Of a stretch of 61,621 nt of DNA, positions 36,826 through 45,967 are shown piece by piece. How positions within the stretch are numbered: the first letter of the stretch is position 1; the number at the start of each line of letters is the position of its first letter. Where the stretch lies: the IMG/VR virus record IMGVR_UViG_3300048930_000318, positions 1-61,621 of that record; one strand, 5' to 3'. Source of the stretch: a virus. Its lineage: Duplodnaviria > Caudoviricetes. Made by a program: the position numbers and the translations under genes. The notes beneath the pieces were generated by a model. The model made no database searches. It saw nothing but the letters and a program-made list of their open reading frames with translations, and had not been told where the DNA came from.

Positions 36826-39273
36826 ATGAAAGAGCAAATTTACAAAATAGTCAAAGCCCTCTCCAACCAATGCGACGGTGCAGTCAACCGTGATAACGTC
36901 GGATTCAACGCCACACACACACACCTCGGAAAACGCCTTGCCAACCTGCCCATTGAAGACTGGACAGACGAACACTTTTCCTACTGCGCCAACCACCTAC
37001 TCCCCACCTACAAGAATCAGATCGAGGCTATGGGGTTTGAACTGCCAACCTACAAGCAGGGAACATACACCCTACCCTCCGAGATCAACACTCTCTCCCA
37101 AGAAATCGAAAAGAAAAACCTACGGAAGACCACACATCTTCTGCTCTGGAAAGAGCAGCACAACCAATGGTTTCTCAAATTCCCATACAATGCAGAGATG
37201 CTAAAGGATATTCGCCTTATCACACCAAAGGGCGAATTCAACCGACACTTTGAGAAAGAGTGGGCCTTCTCTCGTGCAGCAAGCGAAGACATCCAAACCT
37301 TTTGTAAGAAGTGGGACATCTTCGTTACAACCGAAAATGATGTACGGTTTGACGTATTCATCGAAACCACCGCAAAACTACCCAAAGATGAAGAAAAGAA
37401 CCCCCACCGTATCGAAGAAAAAGACGGAACCTTCCACGTCTTCTTCCCCTACTCTGAGTATCTTGTAAGCGCGATCAAGCGCGTCTTTGGTGCTACGTTT
37501 CGCAACATCGGTGAGAAGTATTGGGTTGTCACACCTTCACCACGTTCTCTCAACGACCTATACAATTTCTGTCTCCATGCTCACCCCGATTTCCGAGACT
37601 ATGCGGGGCAAGTACAAAACGCACTCAAAGAGATCACCGTTGAAAAGGCTAAGATGGAAGCCCTCTCGAAAGCCGTGAACGCAGAAGTGGATCTAGACAC
37701 TTCACGTCTCCGCCTCGAACTCCGACCTTTCCAGAGAGTAGGTGTGCGCTTCTTGATTGATAACGGGTGTGTCTTGAACTCCGACGATCTTGGTGTAGGT
37801 AAGACATGCGAAGCCCTTGCAACTGTAGTGTGTGGCCCAAACCGTCTCCCTGTTCTCGTTGTCACACCCGCATCGCTCAAACTAAATTGGGCAAAAGAAG
37901 CAATCTCTTGGATCAAGGATGTCTCTGTCACAGTTCTTGATAGCAAAGCAAAAGACTTCACCGTCACAACCAAGCAAGGTGAACGTCATACTGTACCTTG
38001 CAACGATTTCAACGCAGAGATCGTTATCGTGAACTATGACATCCTTGACCGCTTCTCTGACCAGATCCTCAACACACCATTCAAAGCAATGGTGATCGAC
38101 GAGTCGCACAATATCAAGAATTACAAGGCAAAACGTACACAGACGGTATTGTCTATCGCCAAGAATATCCGATACAAGTACGCACTCTCTGGTACACCGA
38201 TCCTTAACCGCGCAGCCGAACTACTACCACAACTTGACTTCCTCGGAAGACTCCCCGCTGTTGGTGGCAAGACCAATTTCCTTCGTCGCTATTGTATCCC
38301 AAGCAATAGCGGGTGGGGCACAACCTACGACGGATCACAGAACCTTGACGAACTCCACAAGATCCTCCGTCAAGAGGGTGTCTATATCCGACGCACAAAG
38401 AAACAAGTCCTTACGGAACTCCCAGACAAGGAGCGTGTCACCGTCCCACTCGGATTCGATGCTTCATTCCAAGCCGAGTACAACAAAGCAGAAGCGGACT
38501 TCATCGAATTCCTACGCAAAGACGGGCTACTCAAAAAAGACTTCTTGGAGAGCATCAAACACCTCCCCAAAGAGCAACAAAAAGTAGAGATCCAACGGTT
38601 CCGAGAAGAGAAAGCAGCTAGAGCGCAAAGAGCCGAACACCTTGTCCGTATCCAAGGTCTCAAGTATCTCTGTGCAAAGGGCAAGATGGCTTCTTTCCTT
38701 GCTTGGTGTGAAGACTTCCTTGCCTCTGGTGAAAAGTTGATCGTCTGTGGTATCCACACCGATCTGATCGAGCAGGTGGTTGAGCATCTTTCCTCTTGGG
38801 GTGCGGTCTCGATCACAGGTCAAACACCTCACGTCAAACGGCAAGAGTATGTGGATCGGTTTCAAGTCTCTGAGTTTTGCCGTGTGATTGTTTGCAACTT
38901 GATCGCAGGTGGTGTGGGCCTTACCCTTACAGCATCTTCAAACGTCGCTACTTTCGAGTTTGGATGGGTAGCAGGTCTTCATACACAGATGGAAGATCGC
39001 TCGCTCCGTATGGGTCAGAAGAACGCCGTGACTTGCTGGTACTTCACAGCAAACGGTACGATTGAAGATTACCTGATCTCTATCGTTGAGTCTAAACGGG
39101 CTACAACCGACGCCCTGATCGATGGCACAACCGACAAGCCACAAGCGGGGGTGATCGGCGATCTTACCAAGTGGATGCTTTTGAAGGAAGAGAAGAAAAA
39201 AAGAGATGATGAAAAACGCAAAGAGATCCTAGACCTATATCAACAAGAAGGTATGGAAGTCCTTTTTGATTAG
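36826..39273 (+). CDS. SNF2 helicase with HARP-like domains (SMARCAL1-like annealing helicase)
   Basis: Two FPY..L...I[KR] HARP-like segments; DDLGVGKT, IDESH, SGTP, GVGLTLT, QMEDRSLRMGQ. Confidence 0.88.
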   Translation: MKEQIYKIVKALSNQCDGAVNRDNVGFNATHTHLGKRLANLPIEDWTDEHFSYCANHLLPTYKNQIEAMGFELPTYKQGTYTLPSEINTLSQEIEKKNLRKTTHLLLWKEQHNQWFLKFPYNAEMLKDIRLITPKGEFNRHFEKEWAFSRAASEDIQTFCKKWDIFVTTENDVRFDVFIETTAKLPKDEEKNPHRIEEKDGTFHVFFPYSEYLVSAIKRVFGATFRNIGEKYWVVTPSPRSLNDLYNFCLHAHPDFRDYAGQVQNALKEITVEKAKMEALSKAVNAEVDLDTSRLRLELRPFQRVGVRFLIDNGCVLNSDDLGVGKTCEALATVVCGPNRLPVLVVTPASLKLNWAKEAISWIKDVSVTVLDSKAKDFTVTTKQGERHTVPCNDFNAEIVIVNYDILDRFSDQILNTPFKAMVIDESHNIKNYKAKRTQTVLSIAKNIRYKYALSGTPILNRAAELLPQLDFLGRLPAVGGKTNFLRRYCIPSNSGWGTTYDGSQNLDELHKILRQEGVYIRRTKKQVLTELPDKERVTVPLGFDASFQAEYNKAEADFIEFLRKDGLLKKDFLESIKHLPKEQQKVEIQRFREEKAARAQRAEHLVRIQGLKYLCAKGKMASFLAWCEDFLASGEKLIVCGIHTDLIEQVVEHLSSWGAVSITGQTPHVKRQEYVDRFQVSEFCRVIVCNLIAGGVGLTLTASSNVATFEFGWVAGLHTQMEDRSLRMGQKNAVTCWYFTANGTIEDYLISIVESKRATTDALIDGTTDKPQAGVIGDLTKWMLLKEEKKKRDDEKRKEILDLYQQEGMEVLFD

Positions 39274-39300
39274 TGATCTCTTCTCCAACGCTCTACTAAG

Positions 39301-39331
39301 ATGGCTGGTAGTTTGACTATCGGCCATTTTT
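39301..39331 (+). terminator. Terminator after the SNF2 gene
   Basis: ATGGCTGGTAGT-TTG-ACTATCGGCCAT followed by a T run. Confidence 0.7.
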
Positions 39332-39374
39332 CATTTCGAGAACTTGTAGGGTACACCCCACATGGAGAGATCGG

Positions 39375-41981
39375 ATGGAGCCACGACAAAGAGATCGAAA
39401 CTGCTCACTATGCAGTTTAAGCCAGAATTGCTATACACCCTGCCTTTGGGGTGAGGGAGACAAAAGCAGCCCAATCATGCTTGTTGGGTTTGAGGTTGGT
39501 GAGGAAGATGATAAGGCACAAAGAGTCTTTATTGGGGATGCTGGACGTAAGTTCACATACTTACTAGGAAAAAGTGGACTCAAACGCAAAGATCTCTATC
39601 TCACCAACCTCGTCAAATGCTTTCCTGACAAAGAGACACCTAAGAAAAAGCCGCACATTGATGTCTGCAAGCCCTACATCTATCAGGAGATCCACGAAGT
39701 ACGCCCCAAGGTGATCGTTGTCTTTGGTGAACCTGCTACAAAAGCCTTGATCGGTAAGACTTCTAAATTCAAGCACCTTGTTGGATTTCCTGTTTATCAT
39801 ACATTCCATCTTGGGGATGAAGAGTTTGACTGTTGGGTTATACCCACGCACAGCCCCGCCGCAGCCCTTCGACAATGGGAGATCGACGCGCAGATTATCC
39901 GCGCACTTGAAGACGCTCAGGTCTATGCCAAGGGTGAGAAAGCGTACACGCTACCAGAAGCGCCTTACGTCACGATTAAGACCATAGAAGATGCAAGGCA
40001 ATACCTCGGTATGCTTTTGGAACAGAGCGTGATTGTAGTGGATACTGAGACCCTTGGTTTGCGTGTGGCCAAACACGCTATCCTTGACATCGGATTCTGT
40101 TATGACAAGAACCAACCCGCTATCATCCTGCCCCTCTTCGACAAAAAGAAAGGCAACCTCTGGGGCGACCACCTCCCTGAGATCAAACAACTTGTCAAAG
40201 CCGTCCTACTCAACAATAACGCAAAAGTGGGCGGTCACAACTTCAAGTTTGATATGCGCTTTCTCTCTTGGTGGTTAGGTGAAACCCTCTTCATCCCCAA
40301 CGTATTCGATACCCTCACCATGCACCACGTCCTTGACGAAAACAAACCCCACAACCTCACCTTCCTACTTGGCCACTTCTTCCATTGGGAACGCTATGAT
40401 TCGGCAATGGAGCCTTACAAGAAGACAGGAAAAGACTTCGGTGATGCCCCATCAAAAGTCCGTCACCAGTATCTTGCCTATGATGTTCTTGGTGAATTCC
40501 TGCTTTATGAAAAACTCTCACCACAGATCCCAGAAAAAGACCTTGAAACCGTCTATCAAACAGAAGTCGCACTCACCAACTACCTTCTCCCTGTTGAACT
40601 TACAGGTATCCGCTTCAACAAGGAAAAGATGGATGAACTGGTGATCCATAACCGAGACCGCGCAACAAAGGCTTTGACACGGTTACGCGAGATCGCTACT
40701 GACTTCGGTATAGGATCTAAAGAAAAGCCATTCAACCCAAACTCTTCCCAACAACTCGCAAAGTTACTCAAAGATGCGGGGGCTTTGCTTCTACATAAAA
40801 CAGATACGGGTGCAGACTCCACAGGCAAGAACGTACTCAAATACCTTGCCACACAACCCGATCAGCTTGTGGCTGAGATCTCCACTCTCGTCCAAGAACT
40901 CCGTAATGCCAACAAACTCCTGTCCACATACCTTGACGGTAAGCCTGTTGATTGCGGTCTTGACGATGTAGGCGACGTAAATGACAACGAAGATAGGGGC
41001 TTTTTCTTCTATGTGGACGAGGATCTGCGTTGTCGTCCATCCTACAATATCTCCCTCACCGCAACAGGTCGCCTATCCGCAACGGAACCCGCAGTACAGA
41101 CTGTTCCCCGCCTATGGGGTATCCGATCCCTTTTTGTCCCAGACAACGCAAATAGCGTGTTTCTCTCTTGCGACTATGGAAAGATCGAGTTGTGTGTCTT
41201 GGCATGGTGTGCAAACGATCCTGTGATGGCTGACGAGTTGAACCGAGGTATCGATCTCCATGCAAAGACAGCTATCACAAAGCGTCTCAAGAGAGCGCCC
41301 ACAGAGGAAGAGTTCGAGAAGATGCTTGCTGAGTTGGTGAAACTACCAACGTGGAAACAGGAACGCGCAGTAGCAAAGGCTGTGTCGTTTGGCACTCCCT
41401 ACAACATCTCTGCAAAAGGGATCGTAGATGGGAATCCTGACGCCTTTGATGCGGATATGCCCGTAGAGGATCGGATCGAGATCGCACAGGATATGATCGA
41501 TGCTTACTTTGAGCGGTACGAGAAAGTCAAAGAGTACCTTGATCGCCAGTTTGTCGCAGCCCAAAACATCGGATACCTGAGAACATACTTCACCAAGAGA
41601 GAGAGACGGTTCCATGACGCCGTTGCTTGGCTCAATACGGAATGGTCAAAGAATACAAGGCTCCATAACCTCGACAAAAACAACCTGCGTTCTCAAGCCT
41701 GTAACTTTGAGATCCAGTCCACCGCTTCCGATGAACTCACGAGAGCCACAAAGCGGGTATATGAAGGTCTCCAACAGTCCAATATCCCAGACTTCCGTAT
41801 CGTCTTCTCTCTCCACGACCAGTTCATGTTCAACGTCCACAAAGATCATGTAGAGGAAGCAAAGCCTCTTATCCGATCTTGGATGGAAACTACATTTCCA
41901 TCGGATGCTTTGCACAAATTCGAGATCCCATTCAAGATCGATATAGCCGTACAAAGATGGTGGGGTGATAACGAATACTAA
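39375..41981 (+). CDS. polA: Family A DNA polymerase with N-terminal uracil-DNA-glycosylase-like domain
   Basis: CSLC...TNLVKCFP...HSPAA (family 4 UDG-like); DTET and HNFKFD exonuclease; TGRLS, DYGKIEL, AKAVSFG, HDQ. Confidence 0.92.
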   Translation: MEPRQRDRNCSLCSLSQNCYTPCLWGEGDKSSPIMLVGFEVGEEDDKAQRVFIGDAGRKFTYLLGKSGLKRKDLYLTNLVKCFPDKETPKKKPHIDVCKPYIYQEIHEVRPKVIVVFGEPATKALIGKTSKFKHLVGFPVYHTFHLGDEEFDCWVIPTHSPAAALRQWEIDAQIIRALEDAQVYAKGEKAYTLPEAPYVTIKTIEDARQYLGMLLEQSVIVVDTETLGLRVAKHAILDIGFCYDKNQPAIILPLFDKKKGNLWGDHLPEIKQLVKAVLLNNNAKVGGHNFKFDMRFLSWWLGETLFIPNVFDTLTMHHVLDENKPHNLTFLLGHFFHWERYDSAMEPYKKTGKDFGDAPSKVRHQYLAYDVLGEFLLYEKLSPQIPEKDLETVYQTEVALTNYLLPVELTGIRFNKEKMDELVIHNRDRATKALTRLREIATDFGIGSKEKPFNPNSSQQLAKLLKDAGALLLHKTDTGADSTGKNVLKYLATQPDQLVAEISTLVQELRNANKLLSTYLDGKPVDCGLDDVGDVNDNEDRGFFFYVDEDLRCRPSYNISLTATGRLSATEPAVQTVPRLWGIRSLFVPDNANSVFLSCDYGKIELCVLAWCANDPVMADELNRGIDLHAKTAITKRLKRAPTEEEFEKMLAELVKLPTWKQERAVAKAVSFGTPYNISAKGIVDGNPDAFDADMPVEDRIEIAQDMIDAYFERYEKVKEYLDRQFVAAQNIGYLRTYFTKRERRFHDAVAWLNTEWSKNTRLHNLDKNNLRSQACNFEIQSTASDELTRATKRVYEGLQQSNIPDFRIVFSLHDQFMFNVHKDHVEEAKPLIRSWMETTFPSDALHKFEIPFKIDIAVQRWWGDNEY

Positions 41982-41989
41982 AATAGTGG

Positions 41990-42048
41990 TTGACAGGATC
42001 TCTTTCTTGGTGTAGAACATAAATATCATCGGTGATCAAGTAGATCAC
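41990..42048 (+). promoter_or_regulatory. Sigma70-like promoter with GTGATC-N5-GATCAC dyad
   Basis: TTGACA-17-TAGAAC; dyad at 42032-42048. Confidence 0.7.
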
Positions 42049-42071
42049 ACTAACCAAGAAAGGACAAAGCC

Positions 42072-42719
42072 ATGACACGAAAATATGAATTCACAGGTGA
42101 AGAGAAAGGCTTTAACGGTAGAATTCTCAAGAGAATCCGCAGGATCTCAGATGGTCGTGTTGGGGGGTGGATCGAAAAAGAAGAAAACCTCTCTCACCAC
42201 GGATCTTGCTTTGTATTTGCTAATGCTAGTGTCTTTGGTAATGCTGGTGTCTATGATAATGCTAGTGTCTATGATAATGCTAGTGTCTTTGGTAATGCTT
42301 ATGTCTATGCTAATGCTCGTGTCTATGATAATGCTAGTGTCTTTGGTAATGCTTATGTCTATGATAATGCTCATGTCTTTGGTGATGCTAGTGTCTTTGG
42401 TGATGCTAGTGTCTTTGGTGATGCTCATGTCTTTGGTGATGCTAGTGTCTTTGGTGATGCTAGTGTCTATGATAATGCTCGTGTCTTTGGTGGGATGGTC
42501 TGCACAAAAGATATTATGTATGCTAGACTGTATCGCTATATCATCACCTGCTCAGATTCACATATCTCTGTTGGGTGTCAATCTCACGCCTTTGATTTCT
42601 GGAAAGAACATGGGGAAAAACTTGCAAAAGAGAACAATCTATCAGATACAGAACTTGCCCTATATAAAAGTGTCGTCCTTGGCATGATCTCCTACCGTGA
42701 AGCAAACCAGAAAGGGTAA
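42072..42719 (+). CDS. Hexapeptide-repeat (left-handed beta-helix) protein, paralog 2
   Basis: 18-nt tandem units at about 42220-42490 encoding [ND]A[SYHR]V[FY][GD]; same N- and C-terminal domains as 22221-22871. Confidence 0.88.
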   Translation: MTRKYEFTGEEKGFNGRILKRIRRISDGRVGGWIEKEENLSHHGSCFVFANASVFGNAGVYDNASVYDNASVFGNAYVYANARVYDNASVFGNAYVYDNAHVFGDASVFGDASVFGDAHVFGDASVFGDASVYDNARVFGGMVCTKDIMYARLYRYIITCSDSHISVGCQSHAFDFWKEHGEKLAKENNLSDTELALYKSVVLGMISYREANQKG

Positions 42720-42723
42720 AACC

Positions 42724-42970
42724 ATGTCAAATAAACTTTCACCGCCCCGTCCACTTGTTCCTGCTTGCCCTGTTGGATATAAGCGAAGAGGCGGCGGAAA
42801 GGCTTGACCTCTTGAAAGAATCGACTATCGGAGGAAATCGTTCCGCTTGTATTAGACAACCTCTACAACTATTTGAATATGTTGTGGAAAGAACCGTGGA
42901 AGGAGATAGTCTTTTTGTTGGTAAAGATAAAGAGGCCGCTGTAGAACTGAAACTTCTCGGACTTGTATAG
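42724..42970 (+). pseudogene. Possibly frameshifted small gene
   Basis: ATG 42724 after a strong leader gives only 27 aa; a +1 shift at CCG-CCC-C would join it to ORF 42755..42970. Confidence 0.35.
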
Positions 42971-42981
42971 AGGCGAAAAAC

Positions 42982-43344
42982 ATGACCAGTCAAAAGAAAA
43001 CATTTGATCCACCACTTCGATTGTATGTTGCCTCTGTAGATCGTACACACCTCTTCGGTTCTCGTGTGATCTCGAAGTTGGCTACATCTGAAACGGATAT
43101 TATGTATATCTTCAAAGGTGCAGGTGGATACCAAGAGCGCACACACAAAGATCTTGACGGTAGGAGGATCTGCTTTCTTACCGAGAAAGAGGCATACGAG
43201 GCTCTTATCCGCTATGTGGAAGAGGATCTGGCGGAAGATAACAAGTTGGTGCATGAACGTCTTAATCTACTGCGCAGCCGAATTGCGAATAGTGAAGATG
43301 TAGATATAGTCTTGCACCAGACCTGTATGAAAGAGAGGAAGTAA
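42982..43344 (+). CDS. Hypothetical protein (paralog of the next gene)
   Basis: CFLTEKEAYEALIRYVE matches CFLTKAEAYKRLISHVE in 43350-43640. Confidence 0.65.
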   Translation: MTSQKKTFDPPLRLYVASVDRTHLFGSRVISKLATSETDIMYIFKGAGGYQERTHKDLDGRRICFLTEKEAYEALIRYVEEDLAEDNKLVHERLNLLRSRIANSEDVDIVLHQTCMKERK

Positions 43345-43349
43345 GGGCT

Positions 43350-43640
43350 ATGCAAGAAGTGAGGCGGCTACCTGAGCCAATTAAGGTGTACTTGATACAA
43401 GACTCTGCGCCTGACTTGTATGATCCGTGGGTTGTTGAGCAGATAGCTGTAGCGGAAACTGACCGCAGATACCATTTTTCAGGATTCAACGGTTCCGATG
43501 ACAAGTCTGCTTGCTTTCTAACAAAAGCAGAAGCGTATAAACGGCTTATCTCTCATGTAGAGGCAAAGGCGAAACGTACCCAAGACCTTATCTCTAAACT
43601 CAAATATACCCTGTCTTGCATAAAAGACGAGGGGCAGTAA
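43350..43640 (+). CDS. Hypothetical protein (paralog of the previous gene)
   Basis: Shared CFLT..EAY..LI..VE motif. Confidence 0.65.
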   Translation: MQEVRRLPEPIKVYLIQDSAPDLYDPWVVEQIAVAETDRRYHFSGFNGSDDKSACFLTKAEAYKRLISHVEAKAKRTQDLISKLKYTLSCIKDEGQ

Positions 43641-43653
43641 AAAGGAGAAAATA

Positions 43654-43920
43654 ATGGAAAAGCTGTCAAACTGGAAAAAAATGCTGACCCGCGCTCTAAC
43701 CGAAAACGGAGAATCATGGGACGATGTGGTATCAAGCACTATGACAGAAAAGGAGATGAAACGGTATTTTGATGCAGGGTATGGTGGGACGAAGGGTGTA
43801 GCCTTCACCGTCTGGACGCAGGACTCGGTCTATTTTCCTGTGTGCTACGATGGTGCAGAGTCGGTTGGTCGTGTTGCACGAAACCCAGACGGAAAGCCAA
43901 CCGAACACCAAGGCGGCTGA
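43654..43920 (+). CDS. Hypothetical phage protein
   Basis: AAGGAG RBS; FDAGYGG...FTVWT...VYFPVCYDG. Confidence 0.7.
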   Translation: MEKLSNWKKMLTRALTENGESWDDVVSSTMTEKEMKRYFDAGYGGTKGVAFTVWTQDSVYFPVCYDGAESVGRVARNPDGKPTEHQGG

Positions 43921-43921
43921 T

Positions 43922-44227
43922 ATGCCTCGAATAACCAACGTGCAAAGAGAAGGTTGGCGATCTGGCTTCTATGTTGGTAGAAAAAAGGATACACCTCACC
44001 ACTTCGGGAACCCATTTGAGGTGAGCATCTACGGTAGAAAGAGGGCTATCAAGATGTTTGAGGAGTGGATAGAGGGAACCGCGCACCAAGAGGTAGAGCC
44101 AGAACGCAGACAGTGGATTCTTGATAACCTTGAGATGCTTAGAGGAAAAGACCTCATGTGTTTCTGCGCCCCCGCTGGTTGTCACGCAGAAACCTACTTT
44201 AGACTGCTTGGACAAGAGATCTCTTAG
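43922..44227 (+). CDS. DUF4326 family protein
   Basis: YVGR, FGNPF, LRGKDLMCFCAP..CHAE. Confidence 0.8.
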   Translation: MPRITNVQREGWRSGFYVGRKKDTPHHFGNPFEVSIYGRKRAIKMFEEWIEGTAHQEVEPERRQWILDNLEMLRGKDLMCFCAPAGCHAETYFRLLGQEIS

Positions 44228-45951
44228 ACAGCCGCCCGAACATCCCCATCCAACTGAATCTCCCAAAAGTCAACAATCAACTCGTGATCGTTAGCAGATC
44301 CCGCCTCGCTCTCCACACGTCCACCCAAAGACAAGCCCCAATACGTCGGATCAGCATCAAGATCATCTTGTAGTGTCAGGCTCACAGGTGTTGTCATGCC
44401 TGTCACCCAAAACTCCGCAGTCACGTTGTCGGTACAAACAAACCAACCCTGCAAGATTGTATCATCTGCAAGTGTCGCAAGTGTCGCTGTGGATACCGTC
44501 GTACCCGCTTCTGCTTTGTAGTGACCAACCACCGCACCGTTAATAATACGAAATCCGATAAAGGGGCCATCCAACGCACCCGCCGTATCCCAAGCATCTG
44601 AGATCCCAATATACGCTGTATAGGTCGCCTCAACACCCTTGATCGCAAAACGAGAAAAGAAGCGAGGTCTTCTTGTATAACAGGAGAACTCCGCACCCTG
44701 TAGCCGTGAATTTGTTGCAAGGGCATCTGGACTCACAATACGAACAGCCCCCTTTACATTCTCCCAAATAGCGTGTGTGCTATCGGCCATACGCACAACA
44801 CCTGTACCGCCCTCTGTTGCAACATAGGCATCTGGCGCAGTTGCCGCAGATGTCCACTTACTTTGAGGATACATAAACTCGTCAGAGAAACGTGGGGTCA
44901 TTGCCATCCGACCATACTGCTCAATACGGATCTGCAAGGCATCGTCAGGGTCATACACATCAAAGACGTTCTTTTGGTTTGGACGGATAGATGGTGATGT
45001 CTGAAACGAGTTGAGCGTAACAGGCTTGCTTGCTACATCTACGTTGATCTCGTTACCCGCACCAGATCCTTGACCATCGTAAGCGTTGTCCAAAGTGATC
45101 AGAAACACCTTGACCTGCCCAACCATACTATATGTCGCAGAACTCCCCACACCCGCCCCTGTGATGCTACCAAGAAAGACGTAGTTGTCCTTGTCCGTTT
45201 TGATAGCGGTGTTGGTTCCCTTGAGGATAGAGGGGCCGAGAACGTGGACGCGATAGTCAGAAGCGGTTGTGGATGGTGCAGATGCCGATGTATCCTGTCC
45301 AAGAGGGCCAGAACCGCCTGAGTATGGGATCGCAAGGTAGTTTGCACCTGTACCACCATCGTAAGCAATCGTACCCTCGTAGAAAGCCACACTATCATCA
45401 CCGCTAACAGGTGTCTCCAACCAAGCCCTTGCAGTTCTACCCGCAAAAGTGTGGCTACCTGTAGGGTCTGTCAGATTGTTGATCCAAAGGCGGATCGACG
45501 TACCGAGATCCGTAACAGTAGCAGGTGCGCCAACCTCTCCAAAAACATCCTTCTTGGATCGGTACTCAGGGTAGCCGCGCTTTGGGTTGATACTCGCTTG
45601 ATCTGCACGTTGATTCCATCGGATACCCACCTCGTAGTTTGCACCCAAGGTATTCTCAAAGACGATCTCAGAAGTCTCACCAACAAGACTACCGTACAAA
45701 GTGATCACCTTGCCTGTTGCGACAGCTACCCGCTTGGGCGTGGTGAGGTCAAACAACTCGAAGTCTTCCGTAGTGGAGTCTTCCTGTAAAGTGATCTCGG
45801 TGGACTCAAAGACACCCGATTTACCCTGCAAGAAGGCTGCAACAGTTTCATCTGTCAAGTCTTCGATATATTCAAGAAAGTTATCCTTCATATCCTCTTT
45901 GGAGAGAAGGCGATTATCTGTGATCTCAATACGGTTTTGGTTTGTTGGCAT
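44224..45951 (-). CDS. Tail fibre / distal baseplate protein
   Basis: Last gene of the tail operon; G/S/T-rich, beta-strand composition. Confidence 0.55.
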   Translation of the reverse strand: MPTNQNRIEITDNRLLSKEDMKDNFLEYIEDLTDETVAAFLQGKSGVFESTEITLQEDSTTEDFELFDLTTPKRVAVATGKVITLYGSLVGETSEIVFENTLGANYEVGIRWNQRADQASINPKRGYPEYRSKKDVFGEVGAPATVTDLGTSIRLWINNLTDPTGSHTFAGRTARAWLETPVSGDDSVAFYEGTIAYDGGTGANYLAIPYSGGSGPLGQDTSASAPSTTASDYRVHVLGPSILKGTNTAIKTDKDNYVFLGSITGAGVGSSATYSMVGQVKVFLITLDNAYDGQGSGAGNEINVDVASKPVTLNSFQTSPSIRPNQKNVFDVYDPDDALQIRIEQYGRMAMTPRFSDEFMYPQSKWTSAATAPDAYVATEGGTGVVRMADSTHAIWENVKGAVRIVSPDALATNSRLQGAEFSCYTRRPRFFSRFAIKGVEATYTAYIGISDAWDTAGALDGPFIGFRIINGAVVGHYKAEAGTTVSTATLATLADDTILQGWFVCTDNVTAEFWVTGMTTPVSLTLQDDLDADPTYWGLSLGGRVESEAGSANDHELIVDFWEIQLDGDVRAAV

Positions 45952-45967
45952 CGTTCTTCTCTATTCG

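Noticed and set aside
42085-42687. Alternative-frame ORFs rich in M/L/V/S (also 22256..22786, 22332..22751, 42147..42428)
   Set aside because: Shadow frames kept open by the 18-nt tandem repeats
22221-42719. Diversity-generating retroelement TR/VR pair
   Set aside because: No reverse transcriptase in the window, both copies are full genes with promoters, and differences are not adenine-specific
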